A stretch of 64,000 nt of DNA from Amoebophrya sp. A120 (taxonomy: Eukaryota > Protista > Dinoflagellata): positions 1,046,564 through 1,110,563 of the forward strand of contig CAJINV010000005.1 of the NCBI GenBank assembly GCA_905178155.1. Reading direction: 5' to 3'. The position numbers and the translations under genes are program-made. The notes beneath the pieces are model-generated. The model was given only the letters and a program-made list of their open reading frames with translations. It was not told the DNA's origin and ran no database searches. Below are positions 47,801-57,141 of this stretch, piece by piece; position 1 is the first letter of the stretch, and every line of letters starts with the position of its first letter.

Positions 47801-49260
47801 CAGGAAACCAGGCCGCGCGAGCGACCAGGGTCCGCCGGAAGCAATATGCGAGCGAAATTGCGATACACCCACCGGCAAATCCGGGATGAGCTGATGCAGC
47901 AGTACGAAAAGGAGAAGGAGGAGAAGGAAAGACAGAACCATGCGAAAGCCGCTGCGGGCAGCAATGTAGTAGAACAGGCACATCAAACGCCCGGAAATCC
48001 GTACGCGCCGATTTCCGGGGCGAGGGCGAATGCGAACCTGAATCCGAACCCCTCTACAACCGGTAGCAGTACCCCACACGCGACTCGACCACGGCCGCAG
48101 TCCGCCTTCGGAAACCGAAACTTCATCCGGGAGAACCGGGAGATCGGGACAATTTTGAAGAACGCGAGACGGCGAATTCAGGGGGAAATGGAAGACGAAG
48201 AAAACGTCGAGTCGCACTTTTTCGTCAACGATGAGCTGCAGAGACGCTGGTTTGGAACTGGATCCGGTGGAGCGGGAGGAGTAGATCAAGACTACGATCA
48301 TGTCGTTGGAGCTGCTGCTGCTGCAGCAGGACCTTCTGCCGCAACCGTGAAAGCACAGCACGTGGCTTCAAAGCCGAGCTTCGTAGCACCACCGGCGACC
48401 ACATCCCGGCCGCAGGGGAACAAGAATGTGAAAGTTCAGTTAACAACAGAGCAGATCCACGCCGATTTTGAGGCGCAGTTTGCGAAGTCCACGTTTGTCG
48501 AGGGAGAACACTCGCTATCGCCTATCCTGAGTAAAAACGTACCCGCACCAGAGTTGTAATGTAGATTTGCAAAGACAGGAAGACTTGTAATGCGCATCAC
48601 CATGAGAGCCATTTTCAATCGTGTTTTGGAATTTGTGATGCTGTGAACAGGATGAGCCGATGAATCTGTGATGCGGCTGCACTTGCTAACCTGCACTACA
48701 CTGCAGAGTGCAACTTGTCATGCGTGACTCACAAAACTCCTAGGTTTGTGCTGCAAAATCCCCATCCTGACTCTGGTGTGGGTACGTTTTTACTCAGGAT
48801 ATCGCCGGAAAAGGAAAGCCGAGCTGTACGCAATCATGGAGCGGATTTTGGAAGGGAGCTGATCGAGATGACTTCGGTCGACGACAAGGAGGAATTTTCA
48901 CCTCAGGACAAATCGGTTGTGGAACAGGAAGATAGGGCTTGGGCGGCTATCAAATGTAAAAACGTCTGGGTCTGGAAGAATGCAACTTGTGATGCTGCAT
49001 TTGGATTCCAAAAAAATCTGTATTACATGAGTACCAAAGGGAATGCAATTTTTGCTACGCTGAGAAGGCATCTGTCATGCGGAATAGGCATCCAGAAGCG
49101 TTCAAAAAATCTGTATTACTAGGGTATGCATCGCAGAGACAGACATCATGGCTCATGCAAAACGTGCATGACAAACCTCGCATTCATCCAGACCCAGACA
49201 TTTTTACATTTGATAGCGGCCGGACTGCTGCAAAAGTTTTATCGGGAACAGCACCAGTAA
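41866..49260 (+). CDS. J-domain (DnaJ) protein with Cys/His cluster (FAM221-like) and a very long low-complexity RPxSA-rich tail
   Basis: J-domain ILGF..VQKAFKRLALVFHPDK..FQQIVAARDLL. Cys/His cluster WECSAC..HICACGY..SH..CADSGCENFEY..CPTCGHAQACH. GT-AG introns 42744-42873 and 43537-43674. Elements 48523 and 48948. Stop TAA 49258-49260. Confidence 0.8.
48523..48801. mobile_element. Introner-like TIR element, family B; TSD TCGCC
   Basis: Left tatcctgagtaaaaacgtacccgcaccagagt; right actctggtgtgggtacgtttttactcaggata. tcgcc at 48518-48522 and 48802-48806. Removal gives HSLSP|EKESR. Confidence 0.95.
48948..49215. mobile_element. Introner-like TIR element, family A; TSD GCGGC
   Basis: Left tatcaaatgtaaaaacgtctgggtctgga; right tccagacccagacatttttacatttgata. 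gcggc at 48943-48947 and 49216-49220. Removal gives RAWAA|GLLQKFYREQHQ*. Confidence 0.94.
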
Positions 49261-49977
49261 CGAGATTCACTAGAGATTCTTGTTGTCTGTGCATGACGAC
49301 GGGGACGGAATGCGGTGGGAATTAAAAAGTAGGTTTACACCACAATGCTGCGCTTTTTCACGTTTCTTTGTTTCTATCTTGTACAATTGATGAAATCTAC
49401 TTTGAGTTGTCGTGAATGTTGAAATTACGCAGTCGACCCTTAATATTTATCATGATGAGCTTCAATGAACTTCTTTGCTCGACTGCTATTGTCAAATAGA
49501 GTCAGTTTTTATCTCAATCATTCCAGTATGATCACAAATGCGAATGCATCTAACGTGCTGCTTCAGACAGAGTGAACAGTAACCGAAAGCGAGCGTTGTG
49601 TACTAAAAATGTTTTTTTCGTAAGGCTAAGGAAAAGAGTAAACGTGCTTTTGATATTTATGAGTCAAGAAATCTTCTAACGCCATGCTCATTGCAGTGTC
49701 GTTATCGCCATCGGACAAAGGCCAACGACTTTTGCGTTCCCACCCATGTTCACACGATTAGATACAATTTGTGTCAGTGCTAGAAGCACAAGGAGAAAAA
49801 GAGGCAAAACGGAGCTGCGCGCACGGCATGAGAGCTACCTACACAAAACGCAATCGAGGTGACGAAAGAATATCCACCAACTTCAAAAAGGCGCGGCCAG
49901 TTGTACTAGATTCCCTCCGACGAGCGAGTCAGGCCCACACTAGCGGGCCGTGAAGCTCGTTTCCACATCGTTCACGT

Positions 49978-52900
49978 ATGGCGCCAATTCTGCCTCAAAA
50001 GCGGCAGGTGCGCTCGGCCAATGGAAGGTTTTTTTCTTCTGATAATCCACGTCCGTTAAAAATGAGTCCGAGCAGCACATCGCTGGAACGAGATCTTTCC
50101 TCTTCTCTAAACATGCTGTGGCCGTGGAAGTGGCTACCAAGCGCAGCGGACGCGACGCGGCAAAGGTGGGCCAAGGTCACAGCTACTGCTTTGAACGGGA
50201 CGAGCAAGCCGACCGTGTTCACCGCGGTTTCTCTGCTTGTCGTCCTCTTTCTCTTCTCGCTCCCCTTCATCCTCCGAGTGTCAAAGGGGACCTTGAGCCG
50301 CGAAAACCCCGACGGGCTCTTCGTCTTTTTCGGTTTCGAACTGTACGATCGGCCGGACGCGTTCTATTCTCACTACACTTCGGAGAAAACTTACCTGCTG
50401 GAGGAGCAGCGGGATGCGTACGAGCAATCGTTCCAGAACGAAACCTACCAGGGTGCTCTACGACGTGATGGTGTGGAGTTTAACGAGTGCAAGACTGTGG
50501 CGGGGAGTGCGAGTGCCTCAGCCGCAAGCTCTACTTCACACAGAAGTAGCACACCAACGGTAAAGACCGCCCGCGCGCTGCGGAAGCGGTCGTCTATCAA
50601 GCTGGCGTACCGCACCACCGTCGCCACATCCTCCGCACAGGCGACAACATCAAGTTCTGCGTCGTCTGGTGCCAGCAGTTCGGCGTCGAGTGCAACAGTT
50701 CAAAACGAACCTGCGTCGCTTTGTAGCGACGCTGCGCTAGAGGAGATCTGGCGGTTCGACGACTGGCTGCGGAATTGGCGGTCGTCGAAGAATTTTCAGT
50801 GGAACCCGGATTTCTGTCCGACAGCAACAGATGCGAAATTTAAGCGCGAATCTTGCCTCGCCGACTACAAACAAACCTGTGGCGCGTACAAACCGGGAAC
50901 GGATAAAACGGTGGCGCACGAAGTCTGCAAAAGCGGCTTCACGACGCACCAGTGTCACTGCAAAGCGGCGACGAGCACAGCAGCAAACACTTGCAGGTCT
51001 GTCGATACGATCTTGTCAGCGGATGTAGGTTCTTCAAGTACGTCGATTGGCGCAACGTCGCAGAGCACGACTACAGGCACTGCTTCCCGCACTGATACCA
51101 AAGACCTCGAGATGCTCCGGAACGCGTTCCTCCCAAGCCGGCAATACTGCGAAATCGACCCGACCGCCATCGCGAATCTGGAGTGCACGGATCGCGTCAG
51201 GGATCCGCGGGACGGGAAACTCTATTCATCCCTTCCCTGTAGCCCGGCCGTTGGAGCGAAGCAAGGGGAGCCGGTGGACCAAGTCGGACCAGGGTACTGG
51301 TGCGGTAAAAGGGCGTTCATTTCGCCGGTCGCGTTCCACAAGCGGCCCTTGATCGAATTAGACGCAACGTCGGACTACTGGAGCACCTACAGGTCCGTGA
51401 TCGACAGCGCAGCGTACTCGCAAGTGCTAGATCGGGGGTTGCCATCCTCGAGCCCGCCTGCCATGGTGCAGTACGCGGAAGCGAAGGTGTTTGTTTCGCA
51501 GCTCGTGCCCGACATCATGCTGAAGGCGGACCGAGTGGACGAAAGGCCAAGTTGCTTCAAGGACAAAGCGTGTCTCAAACACGCGAACCAGTGTCCAACT
51601 GCAGCGCTGGTTTTGCGGAAATTTCCGAACGCAACTGGGGAAATTACTGTGAATGGCTTCGGGGCTGCCGCTGCAAAGTGTCCTGCTAGTGCTACTGCGG
51701 CGACGTCGAGCAGGCGGCAATTATCATCTTCCGACAGTTGCACCATCGCGGCTTCAGGCAGCGCGGTCTCTGTGGCGGATCTGGGCGTGCACGGGATCAG
51801 TTCCTGCGCAAACGTCACGGTGGAACATTGTCTACGCAACACGGGAACCAGTTGTGATTTTGTCTCAAGTTCCTGCAGGAAGCACTGCGACGATCTGCTC
51901 GCGCAAACCTGTTCTGCTGCGCCGGATTCCTTCTGCGGCCAATTTTCGAACGAAGCTGACCCGGGAAGCCAGGACAAAACACTTTGTGAATCGCTGACAA
52001 ACCAGCAATCCTGTTCGGCCAGCGGCTGCCAGTGGGTCTCAACGCAGATGCTGACGGAGATCGGCCGTGCAGGGACGGAGCAAGCAAAGTGCGTTGCCTG
52101 TAAGAATCACAACAACTACTTTCAGATCGTCGCTAGCCTCTTACCGGCACCTGCCTCGTCCTGCGCCGCGCACGCCGACCCCTGTGCGTGCGTTGCGTCT
52201 CTCCCAGGTGTGGATTTCTGTGGCATGCCTTACGCTGCGGTGGACTTCTGTCCGCAACTCTGCGCTGCTCGTCCAAACTCCTGTGCCAACGTCGCTGCTT
52301 CTGGGTTCGTCGAGGTGGCGAAGGAGCAGGAGCTCGCTGGGAATCAGCACAAGAAGACCTGCGATCTGTACCACGCGAGCGAAACGAATTGTAAGAAAGC
52401 GGGCTGTTCGTGGCAGTCGACCTGGGACCGCGGGAATCTAGACGCCGGCGGACACGATTTCGCTGCTTCCGGTGCCACGAAGCGGTGCTTTCCCTGCGAA
52501 AACTTGCAGAAAGAACCTTATCTAAAAGACTTCGCAGGCCTCGCTGTCACTCCCTGCGCAACGAGTCCCGACCCGTGTGCGTGTCTCGCGCCGCTCGCGA
52601 GTAGCGTGTGCGCCATGACGCAAGTACAGTCCTGGTGGATGTGTCCACATTTGTGTCCGCAACACGCGACGTCGTGTGCGAACGTGCAAAGTACGGGTTT
52701 TGAAGAGCTACCGAGGCCGGAACTTGCGGTCCCCGGATCGCAATCGCCCGTCCACTGCGGCAACGTCCTGTCTGCCACCACGTCCGCCGCGGCTGCCGCT
52801 CTCGCCGGGCCACTGACCGACATGACCATGATTCAGAACGCGATCGGACTTTGCCTGCTCAATGGGTGCACCTACGTCGCTGCGCCGGAAATTGGGCAGT

Positions 52901-55900
52901 TCACAGCCCTCGGTCTGGACAACACCCGTGGTGGGCATTTGACTGGGAAGTGCAGCACCTGTATGGACCGCGGCGACCTCGCGCAGATAGCGGCGAAAGG
53001 CATGGGCTTCGACTGCGCTGCGAGCGCCTGCTGTGCAATGCTGCAGCAAAACGGCGGCTGCACGAGCAGCACCACCGGGCCACGACTCTGCCCGGTAACC
53101 TGCGCTGCAAGTCCGTTGAGTTGCGCGAACCAAGCAGCGACAACGGCGTATGTTGAACCGAATTTCAGTACAACGTCATTGCTACAGCGGTCGCTGCAGA
53201 CGCACGAAGCGGGATCCTCTTCAAAGCGAGAGCCAGCAGCGAGTCGCATCTCTTTGCAACTCGCCCGTACACGGTTACTCGGACCGCGACGGGCCGAGAA
53301 TGCAGGTTCGGTTTTTGAAGCACGAGAAAAAAATCTCGTCCGCAAGACATCTACAACCACGAGCACCTCCAACGTTTGCGACTGCTGTACGCTAAACATG
53401 CAGAACCCGACGAACCAGGCCGACACTCTTGGCCGCAAAACGCACATCATGGCCGCGAAAAAGGCGTACGCCGTGAAGAACTGCAGCTTCTGGCTCGGGT
53501 GGATGCAGCTACGGTCTAAATGCGAGGCCAATTCCGTGGACTTTCAAAAGATCACGAACAACACGATAACTTTGAAGGAAAAGGACGAAGCGGAATGGCT
53601 GGAGGAGTTGAGCGACTTGTATGAAAAGGAGGAAACCCGGGACCAGCATTTCCGCCTGCAAATTCAAAACGGGAAGTACGACGTGGAAGTTTTGATGACG
53701 AACACTGACTTGCAGAAACGGGATTTGCAAACCGCGTTACTTGGCGATCTAGCCTCGTGGCGGATCGCCGTGGAAATCTGCATCGTGTGGCTGTTGACGA
53801 GTGTGCTCCTCTGGGTCTACGCCAACCCGAACGGCGCCGCTTCGTGCTGGGCGGCGTGTGAGAATGGTGAAGCAGGCCACCAGCAAGAGCAATCGCAAAG
53901 AGCGCCACTCGGACCGACGCTCGTTGGCCCGGTTTTAGTTCCGTTTTTCGCGTACGTAACCTCTGCAGGTGTGTTTCTCGCGATGTTGGGTGTTTCCGCG
54001 ATCCCGATGTTCGAGTTCGACGATTTGTCCCCTATCGGAATACTCGACGGGGACGTCGACGGGGAGGCGGAGACGATGTTGCCCTTGACTTTTCTGACGT
54101 TGATGCTGGTCCGCCTCGTGCTCGTTGTGAACCTACTCTGGAGCGGGCAGATCTACCTCGCAGCGGTTAACGAAAGCAGAAGGACGATCGAAGTGAAGAA
54201 AGGCACCATTGTGAAGGTGCCGAGTAACAGCAAAATGCTCGTTGATGCTGTTCCGAAGCCGTCTTTGTTGCGGTACGCGAGGACTTTTCTTGCGTTCGTT
54301 TCTTGCTCTATCGGAGTCAGCCTGCACACCGAATTGCCACTGATCCTGCGTTTTGCCGCGTTGCAAACTGTGTTCCTGATCTTGTTCCAGACAACGCTTG
54401 CCGCTGCTTTTCTTCACATCACCGCCAATCTGCTTGCGCGGTATCTCGCGAGCTGCAGTTCAGGGTCATCTGAGAATTCGAATAGAGGAGGCAAACAAAG
54501 TACTGCTGCAGACGAACTCGAGGACCAGTACGACTTGCCGACATTTGGTTCAATCGAAGAACAGCAACAAGGGACGAACCAGCAGCACCAGCCACAGCGA
54601 GCTGACTTGCTGGAAAGTCGACCGGGCGGAACGCCGGCCGTGAAGAAGGGCGTTAACAAAACAACTGCTGCGATCAGTAGCCGCTCTGCTTGCTCGCCGA
54701 AGCAGGCTTGGGGTGCAGGAGAGGTTTCCAATGGTAGAAACCCGGCTCCTTCCTCGTCTTCCGTTGATGTCGAGTACAACACGAAGCTGATGAACGTGAA
54801 GAGTTCGTTGTCCATGTTCCCGAACGCGCTGCTCGACGACGACAACGAATCGACGATCGGGACTTCGAGCACGAAGAAACTCGGGTTCACCTGCGCGATC
54901 GTCGCGAGGATCGTGCTCCTCTCCGTCTTCCTCCCCTTCGCGGCCGACTGCCCCGCGGAAATGTTGCGGCTAGACCTGGTGGACGGCACCACTCGCCGGT
55001 TTTTGCGGGCCGCGTCCGAGGGATTGGCGGTTGACGTAGGTCGTGGTACAAGTACTAGTGCTCAGCGCGTCAGTGGTATTCCGTCGAAGCTGACGCTGTA
55101 CCTTCCCCCTTCCTCCATCGGTGCGTACCACAAGCAAGCCAATCGCGAGTATTTTATGAACTTCGTGAGGGAGAAGCTGCTGAAACACGAGAAGGTCTCC
55201 CGGTGGTTCTCTCAAACGCAAATCCACTCGTGGCTGTTTGATTTCGAGGCAATGCAGCGAGGAAGGGACTTCAGTCCCAATGACTGGTCCAGCGCGGCGC
55301 AGGCGTACCCCATTTCGACCTGTCCGCTGATTCTGGAAAAGACGAATGAGTTTCAGGAAGTGTTGATCACGTCAGGGTCCAACGCCGGGAAGTTGGCGGC
55401 GTTGCGGACACGGCTGCAGTCAGTTTTGGTGCTAGAAAATTTGGGGAAGGTTTCCAGCAATAGGGGAGCATTAACTTCATCGTCTTCTGCCGCTAACACC
55501 AACGCCACAACTTCCTCCTCCCAGTTGATTGGGTTGAAGATGGAAATTCCGACTTCAGAAGAGCAAGCGGTTTTCGGCGCCGCAGTCAACACGGCTTCTC
55601 CCCCAGCGGAAGACCCGGCTAACCCTTTCCGGAGCGCGTACTGCAAAAACAAGGTAGCAAAACAGTTGTCTTCCTGGAATCTGTTCGAAGTTGTTCTTAA
55701 ACGGAAGACGGCTAATCCGCTTTTACCGACGGAAAAAGTTCTCTTTTCCCAACTACCAAAATCACAATCCGAAGAATTTCGCGATAAAACCACCGTCGAT
55801 GAGTTCCTCCAAGCAGTCGCGCAAACTTGGCCAGAAACCGAATTCGACGTTTCCTTCCGGTTTTTGGAAAAAACCACCCCTAGAATCAAAGGCGGTAGCT

Positions 55901-57141
55901 TGCTGTCGCAAACGCTGCGGGATAACTTTTTGAAGCAGCAGAGACAAACTTGCGAGTTGCAACCCAATCTCTACCAGGAACGCGTCGAGTATTTTGACAC
56001 CAGTGACCCGTTTTTCTTCTATGACTACCTTCACACGGTGTTTGAGGAGTTTAAAGGCGGCGTTTGCGCGGACAACTCTGAAACGATTCCGGATTCGTTA
56101 ATAGATCGCCGCGTCGACAACGAGCCGGTCGGGAAGCTACGGCTGCTTAGTGAACGGCGGGAGGAAGTGTTCTACGATGTGCTTGGCAGTGAGGGTGCTA
56201 CTGCCACTACTCAAGGTAGTACCAACGGTACTTCAGCGTCAGTAGTAACAGCTGATTCCGCGTCCGCATCTCCGATCATCCGGGGCGTGACACAAATCCC
56301 GGTGCACCTCTACCTCCGCGTCGACATGCTAAACCCGCAGAACCGAGTCGAGTTGAAAAACGACATCGAGTGGATTCTCGAAGCAGAACGACGTGCTTAC
56401 CCGAATCACTGGGGACGGAGCAGTCAGGATTCGTTTTTCCACGCTGATTTCCTTATCGACGCAGAAAGGGATCTCGGGCTGAAACACTCCGCCGACGACG
56501 CATTTCTCGTCGCTTCCCTGGTGCTCGGAATCACGCTTTTTTTCTTCCTCCACCCGGCTTTCGGGGCGATTCTCGGCTGCGTCATCGCCATGTCCATGGC
56601 AGAACTTGTCGGGTTGATGGAGTTGTTGGACTTGCAGATCAACATGGTCACTCTCGCAGCGCTGTTTTTAAGTTTTGGAATTCAGTTGATCTACTGTTTG
56701 CCCATTGCGGAAAGTTTCGTGAATGAAGAAGCTGGCTGTGGCGGAGAAACAACGTCCAACCGGAATGGTGGTGATAATGACGCCCGAAGCCCGGCGAAGA
56801 AAGAGAACACGACGGCGTCACTGCCGCTGTTTTCTGTAAAACGCCTTCCGTTGGACTGCAGATTGTGTTTTCAGTTTGGGAATGCCGCGTCGTTTCCGGT
56901 GGCGATTCTGGTAGTCACCGTTTTATCTTTTCTCATCTTCCTCGGCGTGGCGAACAGCGAGGTGATCCGGGGGTTCTACCTGGTTCTGACATGCAACGCG
57001 GTTTTGACAGCGTTGAACGCGTTTGTCTTCCTACCGACGTGCTTTATGCTCGCAAAGGCGGGTATGGACAAGGCTTTGAGCAGCAGTACGGGGAGTAAAG
57101 TGAAACCGGTTATGTCGGGCGTGGTCCCGGGCGAAGCGTAA
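49978..57141 (+). CDS. Patched/NPC1-like (RND superfamily) multi-pass membrane protein with large Cys-rich ectodomain; intronless; start uncertain
   Basis: Layout of one N-terminal TM, large loop, TM cluster, second large loop, and C-terminal TM cluster. The last cluster (VIAMSMAELVGLMELLDLQINMVTLAALFLSFGIQLIYCLPIAESF..SEVIRGFY..NAFVFLP) resembles the Patched family C-terminal bundle. Confidence 0.75.
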   Translation: MAPILPQKRQVRSANGRFFSSDNPRPLKMSPSSTSLERDLSSSLNMLWPWKWLPSAADATRQRWAKVTATALNGTSKPTVFTAVSLLVVLFLFSLPFILRVSKGTLSRENPDGLFVFFGFELYDRPDAFYSHYTSEKTYLLEEQRDAYEQSFQNETYQGALRRDGVEFNECKTVAGSASASAASSTSHRSSTPTVKTARALRKRSSIKLAYRTTVATSSAQATTSSSASSGASSSASSATVQNEPASLCSDAALEEIWRFDDWLRNWRSSKNFQWNPDFCPTATDAKFKRESCLADYKQTCGAYKPGTDKTVAHEVCKSGFTTHQCHCKAATSTAANTCRSVDTILSADVGSSSTSIGATSQSTTTGTASRTDTKDLEMLRNAFLPSRQYCEIDPTAIANLECTDRVRDPRDGKLYSSLPCSPAVGAKQGEPVDQVGPGYWCGKRAFISPVAFHKRPLIELDATSDYWSTYRSVIDSAAYSQVLDRGLPSSSPPAMVQYAEAKVFVSQLVPDIMLKADRVDERPSCFKDKACLKHANQCPTAALVLRKFPNATGEITVNGFGAAAAKCPASATAATSSRRQLSSSDSCTIAASGSAVSVADLGVHGISSCANVTVEHCLRNTGTSCDFVSSSCRKHCDDLLAQTCSAAPDSFCGQFSNEADPGSQDKTLCESLTNQQSCSASGCQWVSTQMLTEIGRAGTEQAKCVACKNHNNYFQIVASLLPAPASSCAAHADPCACVASLPGVDFCGMPYAAVDFCPQLCAARPNSCANVAASGFVEVAKEQELAGNQHKKTCDLYHASETNCKKAGCSWQSTWDRGNLDAGGHDFAASGATKRCFPCENLQKEPYLKDFAGLAVTPCATSPDPCACLAPLASSVCAMTQVQSWWMCPHLCPQHATSCANVQSTGFEELPRPELAVPGSQSPVHCGNVLSATTSAAAAALAGPLTDMTMIQNAIGLCLLNGCTYVAAPEIGQFTALGLDNTRGGHLTGKCSTCMDRGDLAQIAAKGMGFDCAASACCAMLQQNGGCTSSTTGPRLCPVTCAASPLSCANQAATTAYVEPNFSTTSLLQRSLQTHEAGSSSKREPAASRISLQLARTRLLGPRRAENAGSVFEAREKNLVRKTSTTTSTSNVCDCCTLNMQNPTNQADTLGRKTHIMAAKKAYAVKNCSFWLGWMQLRSKCEANSVDFQKITNNTITLKEKDEAEWLEELSDLYEKEETRDQHFRLQIQNGKYDVEVLMTNTDLQKRDLQTALLGDLASWRIAVEICIVWLLTSVLLWVYANPNGAASCWAACENGEAGHQQEQSQRAPLGPTLVGPVLVPFFAYVTSAGVFLAMLGVSAIPMFEFDDLSPIGILDGDVDGEAETMLPLTFLTLMLVRLVLVVNLLWSGQIYLAAVNESRRTIEVKKGTIVKVPSNSKMLVDAVPKPSLLRYARTFLAFVSCSIGVSLHTELPLILRFAALQTVFLILFQTTLAAAFLHITANLLARYLASCSSGSSENSNRGGKQSTAADELEDQYDLPTFGSIEEQQQGTNQQHQPQRADLLESRPGGTPAVKKGVNKTTAAISSRSACSPKQAWGAGEVSNGRNPAPSSSSVDVEYNTKLMNVKSSLSMFPNALLDDDNESTIGTSSTKKLGFTCAIVARIVLLSVFLPFAADCPAEMLRLDLVDGTTRRFLRAASEGLAVDVGRGTSTSAQRVSGIPSKLTLYLPPSSIGAYHKQANREYFMNFVREKLLKHEKVSRWFSQTQIHSWLFDFEAMQRGRDFSPNDWSSAAQAYPISTCPLILEKTNEFQEVLITSGSNAGKLAALRTRLQSVLVLENLGKVSSNRGALTSSSSAANTNATTSSSQLIGLKMEIPTSEEQAVFGAAVNTASPPAEDPANPFRSAYCKNKVAKQLSSWNLFEVVLKRKTANPLLPTEKVLFSQLPKSQSEEFRDKTTVDEFLQAVAQTWPETEFDVSFRFLEKTTPRIKGGSLLSQTLRDNFLKQQRQTCELQPNLYQERVEYFDTSDPFFFYDYLHTVFEEFKGGVCADNSETIPDSLIDRRVDNEPVGKLRLLSERREEVFYDVLGSEGATATTQGSTNGTSASVVTADSASASPIIRGVTQIPVHLYLRVDMLNPQNRVELKNDIEWILEAERRAYPNHWGRSSQDSFFHADFLIDAERDLGLKHSADDAFLVASLVLGITLFFFLHPAFGAILGCVIAMSMAELVGLMELLDLQINMVTLAALFLSFGIQLIYCLPIAESFVNEEAGCGGETTSNRNGGDNDARSPAKKENTTASLPLFSVKRLPLDCRLCFQFGNAASFPVAILVVTVLSFLIFLGVANSEVIRGFYLVLTCNAVLTALNAFVFLPTCFMLAKAGMDKALSSSTGSKVKPVMSGVVPGEA

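Noticed and set aside
47357-48361. Long minus-strand ORFs (e.g. 334 aa here, 289 aa at 17612-18481)
   Set aside because: They are antisense shadows of GC-rich + strand exons with no independent motifs.
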